Of a stretch of DNA of 64,000 nucleotides, positions 52,530 to 63,205 are shown piece after piece (within the stretch, counting starts at the first letter, position 1; each line of letters opens with the position of its first letter). The position numbers and the translations under genes were made by a program. This DNA comes from a virus. The notes beneath the pieces are model-generated. The model did no database searches. It worked only from the letters and a program-made list of their open reading frames with translations, and had not been told where the DNA came from. The stretch covers positions 13,674 to 77,673 of the IMG/VR virus record IMGVR_UViG_3300008267_000025; one strand, given 5' to 3'.

Positions 52530-54257
52530 ATGAATAATAATATTTTAAATGAACAAACCAAAGTTGCTACCGTAATACCTACTACGGAGTTACAGAGACT
52601 ACAAACATCACCAATTTCTGATTTAGATGGTACTATTGAACCATTAAGTATAAGTTCAAATGGTAATCCATTACCTGTTAATATTGGTGGTAGAGTGTAT
52701 TTTGCCGGTAAAAAAACAGCAAAAGGTAATTTTGTGGTTTATGATGGTAAAGCCTTAAAAAAAGACGAAAAAGGAAAATTCACATATCTAACAGATAAAG
52801 ATGGTAAAATAATGGTTCTTAATGGTGTTCCAAAAATTGAAGATTTAGGTTTACCAATGAAACAACAATTAACACAATTCGGTCTTGATGTTGAATCACC
52901 AGGTTTTGATATTTATTACGCAATAAAAGAAAGAAGTAAGTATATTAATGATAATTTAACTAAAAAAGGTGCTCGTTCTGAGTCTTTCAAAATATGGAAT
53001 AATATGTTAACTTGGTATTTTCCAGATAAAGAAACTCGTACTCAATATGAATTAACACCACCTGAAAATGGTGTGTTAAATGTACCTACAGATATTGAAA
53101 TCACTAATAATCAATATAAGCCGGCTGACGATGAAATAAAACGACTAGGTTTAAAATTTCCAACACCTGTATATTTACCTGTAAGTGCAGGACCAAATTT
53201 AATTGGTAAGAAAGTTGAATTTGATGAAAAAAGAAAGGAAAACTGTAAAAGAGTTTTGAAAGATTATATAGTTAACGCAATACAATCTTCAGTTGGTGCA
53301 ACTGACCCTTTAACTCAATTACAACAATATAAAAAAGAGTTATCGTTATGTACTAAATTTGGAGCATTTGAAGGTTATGAATTATCTAATAAAGATTTAG
53401 ACCCAGGTATTACCGATAAAACATTATCACCATTTTTTAAAAAAATTATGGGTTTTAATATAAAAAATAACAATCTAACCTTTAAAGAAATTAAAAATTT
53501 ATTAAAAGGTGAAGGTCGTTACGCAGGAAAAATACCTAATACACATATATTAAATTTAGACCAAATAAGAAAAATGAATGAAGATATTAAATTAAAACGT
53601 ATTGTTAATGAAAGTTTAAAAGAACTTTCATTAAATAAAAAAAGAACTTTAATTGAAGAAGAATTGATTATTAAAAAAAGACTTAATTTTTTAAATGAAG
53701 GTGTTAAATTAAAAACCAAAGAAGAAAAATTAAAGTTTTTAATTACTGTTTTAAATGAATCAATTGAATTAAATTCAATCGGTCTCAATGAAAAAGTAGT
53801 TATTACTGAATCTTTGGATTTACTTAACGCAATGTTCGGTTCAGGATTCGATGCTATTATTGATTACTTTAAAACTAAAGTTACTGAAAAAATATTAACA
53901 GAATTAGGTCTTGACCCTAAAGGTTGGGCATCAATAATTATATCCACAACAGTTGGTAATACACCTGTTGAAGATTTTTTTAATGGTAAAATTTTTAAAT
54001 GTTCTTATTTAACTCCATTATTAACAAAATCACTGGCTGAAAGTTTAATTGTTAAAATACAAAAAGATTCAAAATACGGTGTTGATAATATGTTTTTTGA
54101 CGTATTACGTAACGCATTAGTTGATACGATTGATAAAACTACCTTAGCTAAAGAACTGGAATCAAACTTGTCAAAAGTAATTTGCCCACTAATGGAAAAT
54201 ATTGGTGATAAATTACTGTCGCTTGGTTCAACATTAAAAGATAAGATGTTATCTTAA
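52530..54257 (+). CDS. Large hypothetical (putative virion) protein
   Basis: 575 aa; many (L/I/V)NE motifs; TATTTAT upstream. Confidence 0.7.
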   Translation: MNNNILNEQTKVATVIPTTELQRLQTSPISDLDGTIEPLSISSNGNPLPVNIGGRVYFAGKKTAKGNFVVYDGKALKKDEKGKFTYLTDKDGKIMVLNGVPKIEDLGLPMKQQLTQFGLDVESPGFDIYYAIKERSKYINDNLTKKGARSESFKIWNNMLTWYFPDKETRTQYELTPPENGVLNVPTDIEITNNQYKPADDEIKRLGLKFPTPVYLPVSAGPNLIGKKVEFDEKRKENCKRVLKDYIVNAIQSSVGATDPLTQLQQYKKELSLCTKFGAFEGYELSNKDLDPGITDKTLSPFFKKIMGFNIKNNNLTFKEIKNLLKGEGRYAGKIPNTHILNLDQIRKMNEDIKLKRIVNESLKELSLNKKRTLIEEELIIKKRLNFLNEGVKLKTKEEKLKFLITVLNESIELNSIGLNEKVVITESLDLLNAMFGSGFDAIIDYFKTKVTEKILTELGLDPKGWASIIISTTVGNTPVEDFFNGKIFKCSYLTPLLTKSLAESLIVKIQKDSKYGVDNMFFDVLRNALVDTIDKTTLAKELESNLSKVICPLMENIGDKLLSLGSTLKDKMLS

Positions 54258-54262
54258 ACATA

Positions 54263-54353
54263 CTTTTGGGTTAGAAGCCTAAAAGGGATAAACCAACTTA
54301 AAAAGGAAGGGGGTGTTACTTATCTAGTAAAAGGGTGTCGTGAGACACCTTTT
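54263..54353 (+). ncRNA. Structured 3' element ending in GNRA-loop terminator
   Basis: CTTTTGGGT/GCCTAAAAG, TTACT/AGTAA and GGTGTC-GTGA-GACACC hairpins. Confidence 0.4.
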
Positions 54354-54443
54354 TGCTTTCTATACGTTTGATTATTAATTTTATTTTATTTATTTTTTTA
54401 TGTTAAAGTTAATTCTTATATTTGTCATATAAAAAAGACAACT

Positions 54444-54965
54444 ATGAAAAAAATATTAATATTAACTATCGTTTTATTTATCATCTCAAGATTTTTTATT
54501 AATGAAAAATTAGTATCTATTAGAGGTGTTGGTGAATACAATGAAAAGGATTTAATATCTGTAAAAAACACATTAAAACAATACTATAATATTGACGCAA
54601 CTATTAATGACGACCCAATCACTAAAAGTGATTATTATATGTCAAATGGTAAGTTAGATGTACATAAAATTTTATTTTATACATTCTGTAATTTATTTGA
54701 TAATACCGTAATTTTAGTTACATCAGAACAATTAACTAATTCATTACAAGGTGTTGACTTTAAAGGCCCTAGTTTTATGGTTCTTTCGTCTTTTAAATGT
54801 AAAAAGTTTAAAACAGTTATTATACATGAATTCACACATAATATTGGTTTATCACATTGTGATAATGATAAATGTTATATGTATGATAAACTTAATAATA
54901 ATGTTAATTCAACAATGTGTGATAAATGTAAAAAGGAAATTGAAAACAAATTTGACTATAAATAA
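54444..54965 (+). CDS. Second archaemetzincin-like protease
   Basis: HEFTHNIGLSHCDNDKCYM..MCDKC. Confidence 0.8.
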   Translation: MKKILILTIVLFIISRFFINEKLVSIRGVGEYNEKDLISVKNTLKQYYNIDATINDDPITKSDYYMSNGKLDVHKILFYTFCNLFDNTVILVTSEQLTNSLQGVDFKGPSFMVLSSFKCKKFKTVIIHEFTHNIGLSHCDNDKCYMYDKLNNNVNSTMCDKCKKEIENKFDYK

Positions 54966-55010
54966 AAAAAACATTACATTTATATAGAAAATAAATTAAA
55001 AACAACAAAT

Positions 55011-55220
55011 ATGGAAACCAAAAACATCAACGATTTAATCAGTAGTGAACAAATTAATGAAACTAATTTAGTTGACTTTATTAAAACTTACAGTGATTTA
55101 GTTAACTTAGGGATTTTATCTGAAGAAAGTTTTAATAATACATTAACTAGCTTAGGTGTACAAGTTAAGGATAATAATACGTATTCTTTTAATACTGACT
55201 CTGAATATCAATTTGAATAA
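55011..55220 (+). CDS. Small hypothetical protein
   Basis: 69 aa ORF. Confidence 0.6.
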   Translation: METKNINDLISSEQINETNLVDFIKTYSDLVNLGILSEESFNNTLTSLGVQVKDNNTYSFNTDSEYQFE

Positions 55221-55226
55221 TTAAAT

Positions 55227-55332
55227 AAGGTTGATTGGGGAATACCGCTCATGCGGGAGAGGGGACTGAATGAAGTCAAAGTAACGCCAATCGTAAAAGT
55301 AGATGTCCACGCACCCATCTTTTACTTTCCTT
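55227..55332 (+). ncRNA. Candidate structured ncRNA upstream of tRNA-Ser
   Basis: GC-rich multibranch fold: GATTGG/CCAATC, CCGC/GCGG, GACT/AGTC, GTAAAAG..AGATG/CATCTTTTAC. Confidence 0.5.
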
Positions 55333-55360
55333 TTTAAAAAAACGATATATTTATATGTAA

Positions 55361-55448
55361 GGAGAAATGGCAGAGTGGTCGATTGCGGCAGTCTTGAAAA
55401 CTGTTGAACCGTGAGGTTCCTGGGGTTCGAATCCCTATTTCTCCGCCA
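55361..55448 (+). tRNA. tRNA-Ser(TGA)
   Basis: GCAGT-CTTGAAA-ACTGT anticodon arm, long variable arm, encoded CCA. Confidence 0.95.
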
Positions 55449-55460
55449 TTTTATTTTAAA

Positions 55461-55703
55461 TTACTTAGGTCTTCTATTTGGGAATATATTATAATAAAAG
55501 AAACCAAATACAAATATTAAAAGGATACTCCATCCTGAGTATATTAATAAGTCGTCGTATATTATTTCACCAATACTACTGGTTATAACCCCTAAAGTAA
55601 AAACAGGGACTAATCTTGGAAATGTTATATAAGTTTTATATATTTTTATAACATAGAACCCTGTTAATAACTTTTCACATATTTTAAAAAATAAATTTTC
55701 CAT
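55461..55703 (-). CDS. Small membrane protein
   Basis: Two hydrophobic segments. Confidence 0.55.
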   Translation of the reverse strand: MENLFFKICEKLLTGFYVIKIYKTYITFPRLVPVFTLGVITSSIGEIIYDDLLIYSGWSILLIFVFGFFYYNIFPNRRPK

Positions 55704-55780
55704 ATAAATCTATTATAAATATTCTTTACTTATCTAAAAATTATTTTGGTAGGTACGTTATTTTTTTGTATATTTGTACT

Positions 55781-56179
55781 ATGATATACTATCGTACAAA
55801 AATAAAAGAATTATCAAATAAAGACTTAATTAAACTCAATAAAATTTGTGTTAAATTTTGTAAGCGAAACTTAGGGGTTACTAAAAATCTAAAAATCAAA
55901 TTAATTTATAATAAAGAGAGCTATGAATATTACGGTTATCTTGACTGTGCCACTGATACAATTTTTATATTTTTAAATGTTTGTAAATCTGTAGGTGTCT
56001 TAACAAGAACATTTATACATGAATGGACTCATACATTACAACCATGTGAAAAAAAATACGACAAATTACTTAAAAAGTATGGTTATGATAACCACCCCTA
56101 TGAAATAGAATCAAGAGATAATGAAAAGAAATTTAATAGATTTTTACTTAAAAAAATAAGAAAAAAATTCGAAAAATAA
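55781..56179 (+). CDS. HEXXH metallopeptidase-like protein
   Basis: TFIHEWTHTLQ...GYDNHPYEIE. Confidence 0.7.
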   Translation: MIYYRTKIKELSNKDLIKLNKICVKFCKRNLGVTKNLKIKLIYNKESYEYYGYLDCATDTIFIFLNVCKSVGVLTRTFIHEWTHTLQPCEKKYDKLLKKYGYDNHPYEIESRDNEKKFNRFLLKKIRKKFEK

Positions 56180-56195
56180 TTATTATATTTGTATT

Positions 56196-56429
56196 ATGAG
56201 AAAAACGATAGAAGTTAAACAGTTAATAGATTATTCTAATCAACAATTATCAAGAACTGATAGTTATGCTACTAAGGAATTTAAACAAGGTATTTGTGTT
56301 ATTATCGAAGGTGTCTTACATATGACCGATAACTATTCAGGTTTTATGTTTATCAATACTAAAGATTCGGATATAGATACTTTGGGTTATTATTCAAGAA
56401 AATATTTTACAAATAATAAATTACTATGA
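56196..56429 (+). CDS. Small phage hypothetical protein
   Basis: EGVLHMTDNYSGF. Confidence 0.6.
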   Translation: MRKTIEVKQLIDYSNQQLSRTDSYATKEFKQGICVIIEGVLHMTDNYSGFMFINTKDSDIDTLGYYSRKYFTNNKLL

Positions 56430-56908
56430 ATATATTTTTTTTAGACACTGATGTTAAAAAGTGTGCCGAATATCACATAAACTGTCATTCAACAAAAATG
56501 TGTGTTGAATATGCTCAGTTACTATGTAGTGCTCATCACATGACTAATTCACCATATGAAATACCTTATAAGTTATCACATAAAAATCACCCTTGTTCTA
56601 TTTGGGTTAGAGAAAGTTTATCTAACTATCTTTATCTTTGTGAACTTGGATTAGAGTTGTGTAAAGAATATACATACCGTTACGGTAAACGTCATAAGTC
56701 ACAAGATGTAATTGAGTGGTGTGTCACAAATAAAGTAACAATTTGTGACAAAGGTTTTACAGACCCTCCTAAAGCGATGCCTGATGAATATAAAGTAGGT
56801 TCAGTGGTTGATTCATATAGAAATTATTATATGGGTGCTAAATCAACAATTGCGACTTGGAAAAATAGAGAAATACCGTCATGGTTTAAATCTCTCCAAC
56901 CACAATAA
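56426..56908 (+). CDS. Pyrimidine-dimer DNA glycosylase/endonuclease V-like protein
   Basis: MNIFFLD..CAEYH...KM..E.AQLL, HKNHPCSIW, EYTYRYGKRH, PKAMPDEYK. Confidence 0.75.
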   Translation: MNIFFLDTDVKKCAEYHINCHSTKMCVEYAQLLCSAHHMTNSPYEIPYKLSHKNHPCSIWVRESLSNYLYLCELGLELCKEYTYRYGKRHKSQDVIEWCVTNKVTICDKGFTDPPKAMPDEYKVGSVVDSYRNYYMGAKSTIATWKNREIPSWFKSLQPQ

Positions 56909-56938
56909 TTTTTTTATAGTCTTAACATATTTATAAAT

Positions 56939-57526
56939 ATGAAAAGATTTATAAATGAAGAAACATTAGAATTCCCATTAGAGACTAAATTACCAATCAA
57001 TTCAAAATTTGGTCATAGAGACATTGTAAAGGGTTCTAAAGAACATAAAGGTGTAGATATTGGAGCACCTGAAGGAACTAAAATAAAAACAGTTTTAGAT
57101 GGTGAAGTTGTTAGAGTTTCTCCTGAATCTGAAAGTGGTGGTTATGGAAATATGGTCATTGTCAAACACAAAGACTTTTTTACTTTGTATGGTCACATGT
57201 CAAAAATATTGACAAAATTAGGTGATAAGGTATCTAAAGGACAAGTCATTGGTTTAGTTGGGAGTACTGGTGTATCAACCGGTAATCACTTACATTTTGA
57301 AATAAGAAAAACTCAAGATGGTGACCAAATAGACCCTGAACCTTATTTGAATAATACGTCTATAAATCCCCCTGTCGACCCCTCGATTAACCCATCAGAC
57401 GAAATAACTAAAATTGATTTACCAATTGATAATTTATTAAAAATGATATATGATAAATCTAACTTAGGTAAAATCACAGCTGAGAGTATACAACAAGATA
57501 TTAAAAATATTAAAAGGTTATTATAA
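56939..57526 (+). CDS. M23 family peptidase
   Basis: HKGVD, GYGN, LYGH, STGNHLHFE. Confidence 0.92.
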   Translation: MKRFINEETLEFPLETKLPINSKFGHRDIVKGSKEHKGVDIGAPEGTKIKTVLDGEVVRVSPESESGGYGNMVIVKHKDFFTLYGHMSKILTKLGDKVSKGQVIGLVGSTGVSTGNHLHFEIRKTQDGDQIDPEPYLNNTSINPPVDPSINPSDEITKIDLPIDNLLKMIYDKSNLGKITAESIQQDIKNIKRLL

Positions 57527-57577
57527 AAAAAGTCCCCAAATGGGGACTTTAAAATTTAACGACTATTCGTATTATTT

Positions 57578-57796
57578 TTATTTTTTCTCAACAGTTGTAG
57601 CAACTGAAGCCGCAACTTCACTTACTGAAGAAGTTCCAACAACACTTGTTGTTTCAACAGTTTTTAATGTATCTACAACTAATACCGCTGCGGTACTATC
57701 AGATACGTTAGTTTTTGATTCTTCAGTAGTTGAATGACCACAAGATGTGATTACTAACGATGCAGTTGCTAAAATAGCTAATTTTACTTTTTTCAT
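57578..57796 (-). CDS. Small lipoprotein, Ser/Thr-rich
   Basis: MKKVKLAILATASLVITS-C lipobox. Confidence 0.75.
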   Translation of the reverse strand: MKKVKLAILATASLVITSCGHSTTEESKTNVSDSTAAVLVVDTLKTVETTSVVGTSSVSEVAASVATTVEKK

Positions 57797-57880
57797 ACTT
57801 GTTTGTTTTTGTTTTATTTGTTTTTAACTGTTTAATAAATATACGTTTTTTTTCAATAAATCAAGATTTATAAAAAAAAT

Positions 57881-58268
57881 TGGTGGAGATATTGGGATTC
57901 GAACCCAATTGTTGTCCATATTGACTATTAAGTACTACATGTTTAGGTCATTATTTATTCTAATAATCCGAAATATCTGAGTTTTTACACCGCTCAGCGA
58001 CGATGATAGTAATATAGGTTACCATTCCTTTTTTTTCTCATTAGGTGGAGAAACACCGTAATCACTTCTGTTCCTAAGCGTATGTGAACCGGCTCGATGT
58101 TTTAGTAACTATTAAGCTACTGCAACTTCTTCCTCACGGATTAATCCGATTGCGGAAAGTTTGTTGATAACGTTGCCGTCTATCAGTTTGAATCAGATTT
58201 TAGAGACTTAATCCTGGTCTCACATGCACCGAATACCCAACTATGTCAGTCTATTCCATTTTATCCCC
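57881..58268 (-). ncRNA. ssrA: tmRNA
   Basis: 5' GGGGATA / TATCTCC-ACCA 3' with G3.U pair, T-loop GGTTCGAATCC; tag ORF 58177..58112 GNVINKLSAIGLIREEEVAVA followed by two stops. Confidence 0.92.
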
Positions 58269-58363
58269 AGTATTTCAAATAACGATTTCTTTAACAAAGA
58301 TATGTATTATTTTATTAATAACAAAGTGTAAATTATAGATATTTATAAATTAAAAATAGTGTA

Positions 58364-59431
58364 ATGGAAAAAAGTAGTGCTTACGAATTTTTAGAAAAAT
58401 GTGCCAGTGGTGAAATTAAGGAAATTGATAAGTGGGACATACGTAAAATTGATGATTTACTTGAAGGTTTTAAACCAAGTGCTAACAAACCAACTGCCAG
58501 TAAAATCAAATTACAGTTTGATAGTGATGAAGATTATTTTAAACTATTTGATATTGAAGAATATGATTTATCTATAATGACAACCGTTTTGAATAGTTCA
58601 TGGGAATTTTTGGACTCTTATTCTGCAAGAGATAGTGAATGGGATGAAGGGTATATTTTATCGTACTTCAATGAGTCAAATAAAAAAATAATAGAAGAAA
58701 TATTATTGTTAACCAATCCATCGTTAATTGGTGGTGAGGATAAGGAAATTGCGGAACATTTAAGTAATTTATTTGAACGTGAAGTAGATAATATTATTTA
58801 TGAATATAGTTATGCGGTTGATGAAGCTTCGAATAAAAACGTTGTAGAAGATATTGAGGCCACATTTTGTAATAAATTAGAACGTATTGGTTTATTTAAA
58901 CAATATTGTTATTATACGTATTTTACTACCGTTGGTATATTATTAAATTTATATAAATTCGTTGGTGATTATAGTTTAGATTTAAGTGAACTATTAACTC
59001 AAGTTATAGAAAAACAAAATTTGGATGTGTCTCCCGGTTATTCCGATAATATTTACGATTATATCAATTACCAACCTGAAGGTGACGGTTTTAATAACTC
59101 ATCCGAGTTATATCTAAATAAGATGTTGGATAAAGCTCAGGACATGGATAATACCGAATTTGACACTAAATTAATATCTGACATATTTAAAAAATATAGT
59201 AAAGATAGAAACCATGTATTACCTAAAGATAGTAACATTACTTTTAGAATAGAAGGGTTCGACCCCAAAAAAAATAAATTAGATGTTAGACTTTATAATA
59301 AAAAAACCAGTACTAATAGTGGGAGAATGATATCACCTGAAGATTTTAATAGTTTTTTAACTAATTATGAATTATTCGAACATAAAAAAATAAAAAAAAT
59401 AATTAGAGAAAAATTAAAAAATTTAAAATAA
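58364..59431 (+). CDS. Hypothetical acidic protein
   Basis: 355 aa ORF after TATTTAT. Confidence 0.7.
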   Translation: MEKSSAYEFLEKCASGEIKEIDKWDIRKIDDLLEGFKPSANKPTASKIKLQFDSDEDYFKLFDIEEYDLSIMTTVLNSSWEFLDSYSARDSEWDEGYILSYFNESNKKIIEEILLLTNPSLIGGEDKEIAEHLSNLFEREVDNIIYEYSYAVDEASNKNVVEDIEATFCNKLERIGLFKQYCYYTYFTTVGILLNLYKFVGDYSLDLSELLTQVIEKQNLDVSPGYSDNIYDYINYQPEGDGFNNSSELYLNKMLDKAQDMDNTEFDTKLISDIFKKYSKDRNHVLPKDSNITFRIEGFDPKKNKLDVRLYNKKTSTNSGRMISPEDFNSFLTNYELFEHKKIKKIIREKLKNLK

Positions 59432-59449
59432 TTTCTTTACATTTACAAT

Positions 59450-60259
59450 ATGGAAAGAGATTTTAATTTATTGAAAAACATTTTATCAGTACCTAGTAAA
59501 ACTTATAAAGAAGATAAAATGATTGAGTTTTTAGTTAATTGGTTAACTGAATATAATTACACATATTATTTAGATGATATGAATAATATATATGTAACCA
59601 AACAAACTGATGATGTTGAGTATTTTCCTTGTGTTGTTTCTCACATAGATACCGTTCATAATTTAGATACTATTAATATTAGAGAAGAATTACTACCTAA
59701 TGAACAAAACGAACTTAAACCATCGTTAAAGGCATATAACGATTTAAATTATCCGACAGGTATTGGGGGTGATGACAAATGTGGGGTTTTTGCTTGTTTA
59801 GAACTATTAAAAGAATTACCAAATATTAAAATTGCGTTTTTTGTTTCCGAAGAAACGGGATGTCATGGGTCAAAAAATTCTGACCCTGAATTCTTTAAAA
59901 ATGTTGGTTATGCAATCCAATTTGACGCACCTGGTAATTCGATGGTTAGTGAATATTGTATGGGGACTAAACTATTTGAACGTAAAAGTGAATTTTTCAC
60001 AAAGTGTGATATAGTTTTAACTGAGAATTTTAATGGTCGTAATGATTATCAATCACACCCATATACCGATGTTTATGCGTTAAAAAATAAATTTGATTTT
60101 AGTTGTATTAACTTTGCAATTGGTTATTACCGTTACCACACAAAACATGAATACGTTGTTATTGAAGACGTTTATAATGGTATTAAAACAGGTAAAGAAT
60201 TAATTGAATCGTTGGGTAATAAATTATACCATCATAAAGTTATAAAACATATATTATAA
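59450..60259 (+). CDS. M20/M28-clan Zn peptidase
   Basis: SHIDTVH, GGDDKCG, VSEETG, QFD, YH. Confidence 0.85.
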   Translation: MERDFNLLKNILSVPSKTYKEDKMIEFLVNWLTEYNYTYYLDDMNNIYVTKQTDDVEYFPCVVSHIDTVHNLDTINIREELLPNEQNELKPSLKAYNDLNYPTGIGGDDKCGVFACLELLKELPNIKIAFFVSEETGCHGSKNSDPEFFKNVGYAIQFDAPGNSMVSEYCMGTKLFERKSEFFTKCDIVLTENFNGRNDYQSHPYTDVYALKNKFDFSCINFAIGYYRYHTKHEYVVIEDVYNGIKTGKELIESLGNKLYHHKVIKHIL

Positions 60260-60287
60260 AAAAAAGGGGTTTAAAACCCCTTTTTTT
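60257..60287. terminator. Bidirectional terminator
   Basis: A-tract GGGGTT-taa-AACCCC T-tract between convergent genes. Confidence 0.75.
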
Positions 60288-62292
60288 ATTTTGTAATCTC
60301 TGTTATTTTGACAACTTCTTCTTCAATGAATAATTTGTATTCGGTGTTTTCTTTAATTTCACCTTTTAGAACTTCTTCTGAAATAAAGTCTTCGATTTTA
60401 TCTTGGATAGCACGTTTTAGTGGTCTAGCACCATATAATTCATCAAAACCAACATCTGAAATAAATTCAATTATAGTATCATCAAATTTAAAGTTATATT
60501 TTAATGAGGTTAAACGTGCTGTTAATTTTTCAAGTTCAACAACAACTATTTTTTTAACATCATCTTTTTCTAAACTGTTAAACATAATTACTTCATCAAT
60601 ACGATTTAAAAACTCAGGTGCGAAGAATTTTTGTAACTCCTTTTTAAGGATATCACGTTTTTGTTCTTCTTCAACATACGATTTAGAACTACCTCCGAAA
60701 CCAATACCTGTTCCAAATTCTTGTAGTTTTCTAACACCAATATTCGTTGTCATGATGATGATACAGTTCTTAAAATTAATTTTTCTACCTAAACTATCAG
60801 TAATATACCCATCATCTAAAACTTGTAATAAACTTGAGAAGATATCTTTGTTAGCTTTTTCTACCTCATCAAATAAAATAACCGAATAAGGTTTATTTTT
60901 AACTTGTTCTGTTAATTGACCACCCTCGTCATGCCCTACATATCCCGGAGGTGCTCCGATTAATCTTGAAATGGTATGTTTTTCTTGATACTCTGACATA
61001 TCAATTCTAATTAAAGCATCTTCACTACCAAAAATTTGTTTTGCTAATTGTTTAGCCAAATACGTTTTACCAACACCGGTTGAACCTAAGAATATGAATG
61101 AACCTATTGGTTTGTTAGGGTCTTTAATACCTAATCTATTTCTTCTAATTGATTTTGATATTTTAGATACCGCACCTGATTGTCCAATTACTTTAGTATT
61201 TAAATTATTTTCCATTTCGGACAATAATTTAGTTTCGTCAGAATTTAATTTTGAAACAGGTATTTTTGTCATATTAGAAACTACATCATAAACTAAATCT
61301 ACAGATATTTCTTTTCTATTAACACTTAACTCTTCTTCAAATTTTTTCTTTTCAATTTCTAATTTGTTTAGAATTCGTTTTTCTTTATCTCTAAGATTGG
61401 CGGCTTCTTCATAATCTTGTCGTTTAACAACATCAAGTTTTTCTTTTTTAATTTCTTGAGCTTCATTTTTAAGGTCTTCAATTGATTTAGGTACTTTAAC
61501 TTCAACTTGACTACGTGCACCAACTTCATCAAGAATATCAAATGCCTTATCAGGAAATTCTCTATCTGTAATATATCTTTCAGCTAATTCAACACAAGTA
61601 TTCAACACTTCATCAGAATAGATTACTTTATGATAATTTTCATATCTATCTTTAGCATTTTTCAAAATTTGTAATGTTTCTTCTTTAGTTGCCGAATCAA
61701 CAATTACTTTTTGGAATCTTCTTTCAAGAGCACCATCTTTTTCGAAATTTTTACGATATTCATCAATAGTTGTTGCACCAACACATTGTATTTCACCCCT
61801 AGCTAATGCCGGTTTAAATATGTTAGAAGCATCCATAGTTCCTGATGTATTACCAGCACCTACTATTGTATGGATTTCATCGATAAATACAATAATATTA
61901 GGGTTAGACTGAAGTTCTTCGATGATAACTTTCATCCTTTCTTCAAATTGACCTCTGTATTTTGTACCGGCAACGATAGATGTCATATCCAATGATACTA
62001 TTCTTTTATCCATTAAATTCCTTGGACATTCTCCGTTTAAAATTTTAATAGCTAATCCCTCAACTATTGCTGTTTTACCACAACCTGGTTCACCAATAAT
62101 TATTGGATTATTTTTCTTCCTTCTTGATAAAATTTGTGCGATTCTAGATATCTCACGTTCTCTACCAATAACGGGGTCAATCTTACCTTGTTCAGCAAGT
62201 TTTATTAAATCCTTACTAAAATTATCTAGTACAGGTGTTGAGGATTCTGAACCACTTTTGTTATTGTTATCATTATTTGCAAATTCAATCAT
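60286..62292 (-). CDS. clpC: ClpC-type AAA+ unfoldase lacking the N-terminal domain
   Basis: Two Walker A motifs ([16 protein letters not shown]), UVR middle domain ([11 protein letters not shown]), IGF loop (GIGFG), GARPL. Confidence 0.88.
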   Translation of the reverse strand: MIEFANNDNNNKSGSESSTPVLDNFSKDLIKLAEQGKIDPVIGREREISRIAQILSRRKKNNPIIIGEPGCGKTAIVEGLAIKILNGECPRNLMDKRIVSLDMTSIVAGTKYRGQFEERMKVIIEELQSNPNIIVFIDEIHTIVGAGNTSGTMDASNIFKPALARGEIQCVGATTIDEYRKNFEKDGALERRFQKVIVDSATKEETLQILKNAKDRYENYHKVIYSDEVLNTCVELAERYITDREFPDKAFDILDEVGARSQVEVKVPKSIEDLKNEAQEIKKEKLDVVKRQDYEEAANLRDKEKRILNKLEIEKKKFEEELSVNRKEISVDLVYDVVSNMTKIPVSKLNSDETKLLSEMENNLNTKVIGQSGAVSKISKSIRRNRLGIKDPNKPIGSFIFLGSTGVGKTYLAKQLAKQIFGSEDALIRIDMSEYQEKHTISRLIGAPPGYVGHDEGGQLTEQVKNKPYSVILFDEVEKANKDIFSSLLQVLDDGYITDSLGRKINFKNCIIIMTTNIGVRKLQEFGTGIGFGGSSKSYVEEEQKRDILKKELQKFFAPEFLNRIDEVIMFNSLEKDDVKKIVVVELEKLTARLTSLKYNFKFDDTIIEFISDVGFDELYGARPLKRAIQDKIEDFISEEVLKGEIKENTEYKLFIEEEVVKITEITK

Positions 62293-62345
62293 ATTTGTTT
62301 TTTTTTTAAGTTAATTATAATAATAATTGTAATAAAATTCAATAC

Positions 62346-62396
62346 CTGTCATTTTGACAGAATATTTAACATTTTACTATTTGGCATACATTTCGT
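62346..62396 (+). promoter_or_regulatory. Putative heat-shock element upstream of Hsp20
   Basis: Palindrome CTGTCA-TTT-TGACAG followed by TGGCATACATTTCG. Confidence 0.5.
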
Positions 62397-62437
62397 ATTA
62401 TTATAATTATACATAAACTATTAAATATTAAAAAAAA

Positions 62438-62899
62438 ATGAATTCATTCACAAATGAAATTGAGTCTAAAGTAAACAGAGACTTACAAGAATTAGAATCA
62501 GTAATTAACAATTTATGGACTAATCCTGAATATCGTTCAGCATTACCAAGTACTTGGAGAAATGTTCCGTCGTATTCACCAACATGGTTTGATAAATATA
62601 AACCAACTACATTTTATAGAAGCTTTAACACTGAGAATGGTCTTATTTGGAGTTTCGATTTGCCAGGTTTTAATAAAGAAAACTTAAAAGTTGATGTTAC
62701 ATCGGATAACACTTTAACTATCGAAGGTAAAAGATTTTTCCCTGATACTGAAACATATGAACAATTGTCAAAAACATATTCTATTGACTCTAAAACGTAT
62801 GATACGTCTTTAACTAAAGCAGAAATTACTGATGGTGTTTTATATGTAACATTTACTAAACACAAAAAACAAAAAACTAAAGTGGTTAGTTTAATCTAA
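62438..62899 (+). CDS. Hsp20 small heat-shock protein
   Basis: DLPGFNKENLKV, LTIEGKR, AEITDGVLYV. Confidence 0.9.
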   Translation: MNSFTNEIESKVNRDLQELESVINNLWTNPEYRSALPSTWRNVPSYSPTWFDKYKPTTFYRSFNTENGLIWSFDLPGFNKENLKVDVTSDNTLTIEGKRFFPDTETYEQLSKTYSIDSKTYDTSLTKAEITDGVLYVTFTKHKKQKTKVVSLI

Positions 62900-62948
62900 G
62901 ACCCTAAATAAAACCTGTTTAACGACAGGTTTTTTTAATTTAAAAATT

Positions 62949-63191
62949 ATGGCAATATTAAAAGAAGAAATAAAAGGAACTAAAATTATTTGTGAAGTTA
63001 AATCAAGTAATTTAAAAAAAATCGAGTACGATACTGAAACTAAAAAACTTATAGTTGAGTTTAATAATTCACATCGTTATGAATATGATGAAATTCCTCA
63101 TCAATTATTTACCCAATTAAGAATGTCCGACTCTCAAGGTAAATTTTTCAGTACTAAAATTTCAAAAACATTTAAGTATAAAAAATTGTAA
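62949..63191 (+). CDS. KTSC-domain protein
   Basis: VKSSNLKKIEYD...LIVEF..YEY..S.GKFF. Confidence 0.85.
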   Translation: MAILKEEIKGTKIICEVKSSNLKKIEYDTETKKLIVEFNNSHRYEYDEIPHQLFTQLRMSDSQGKFFSTKISKTFKYKKL

Positions 63192-63205
63192 TTTACTTAG
63201 TATTT

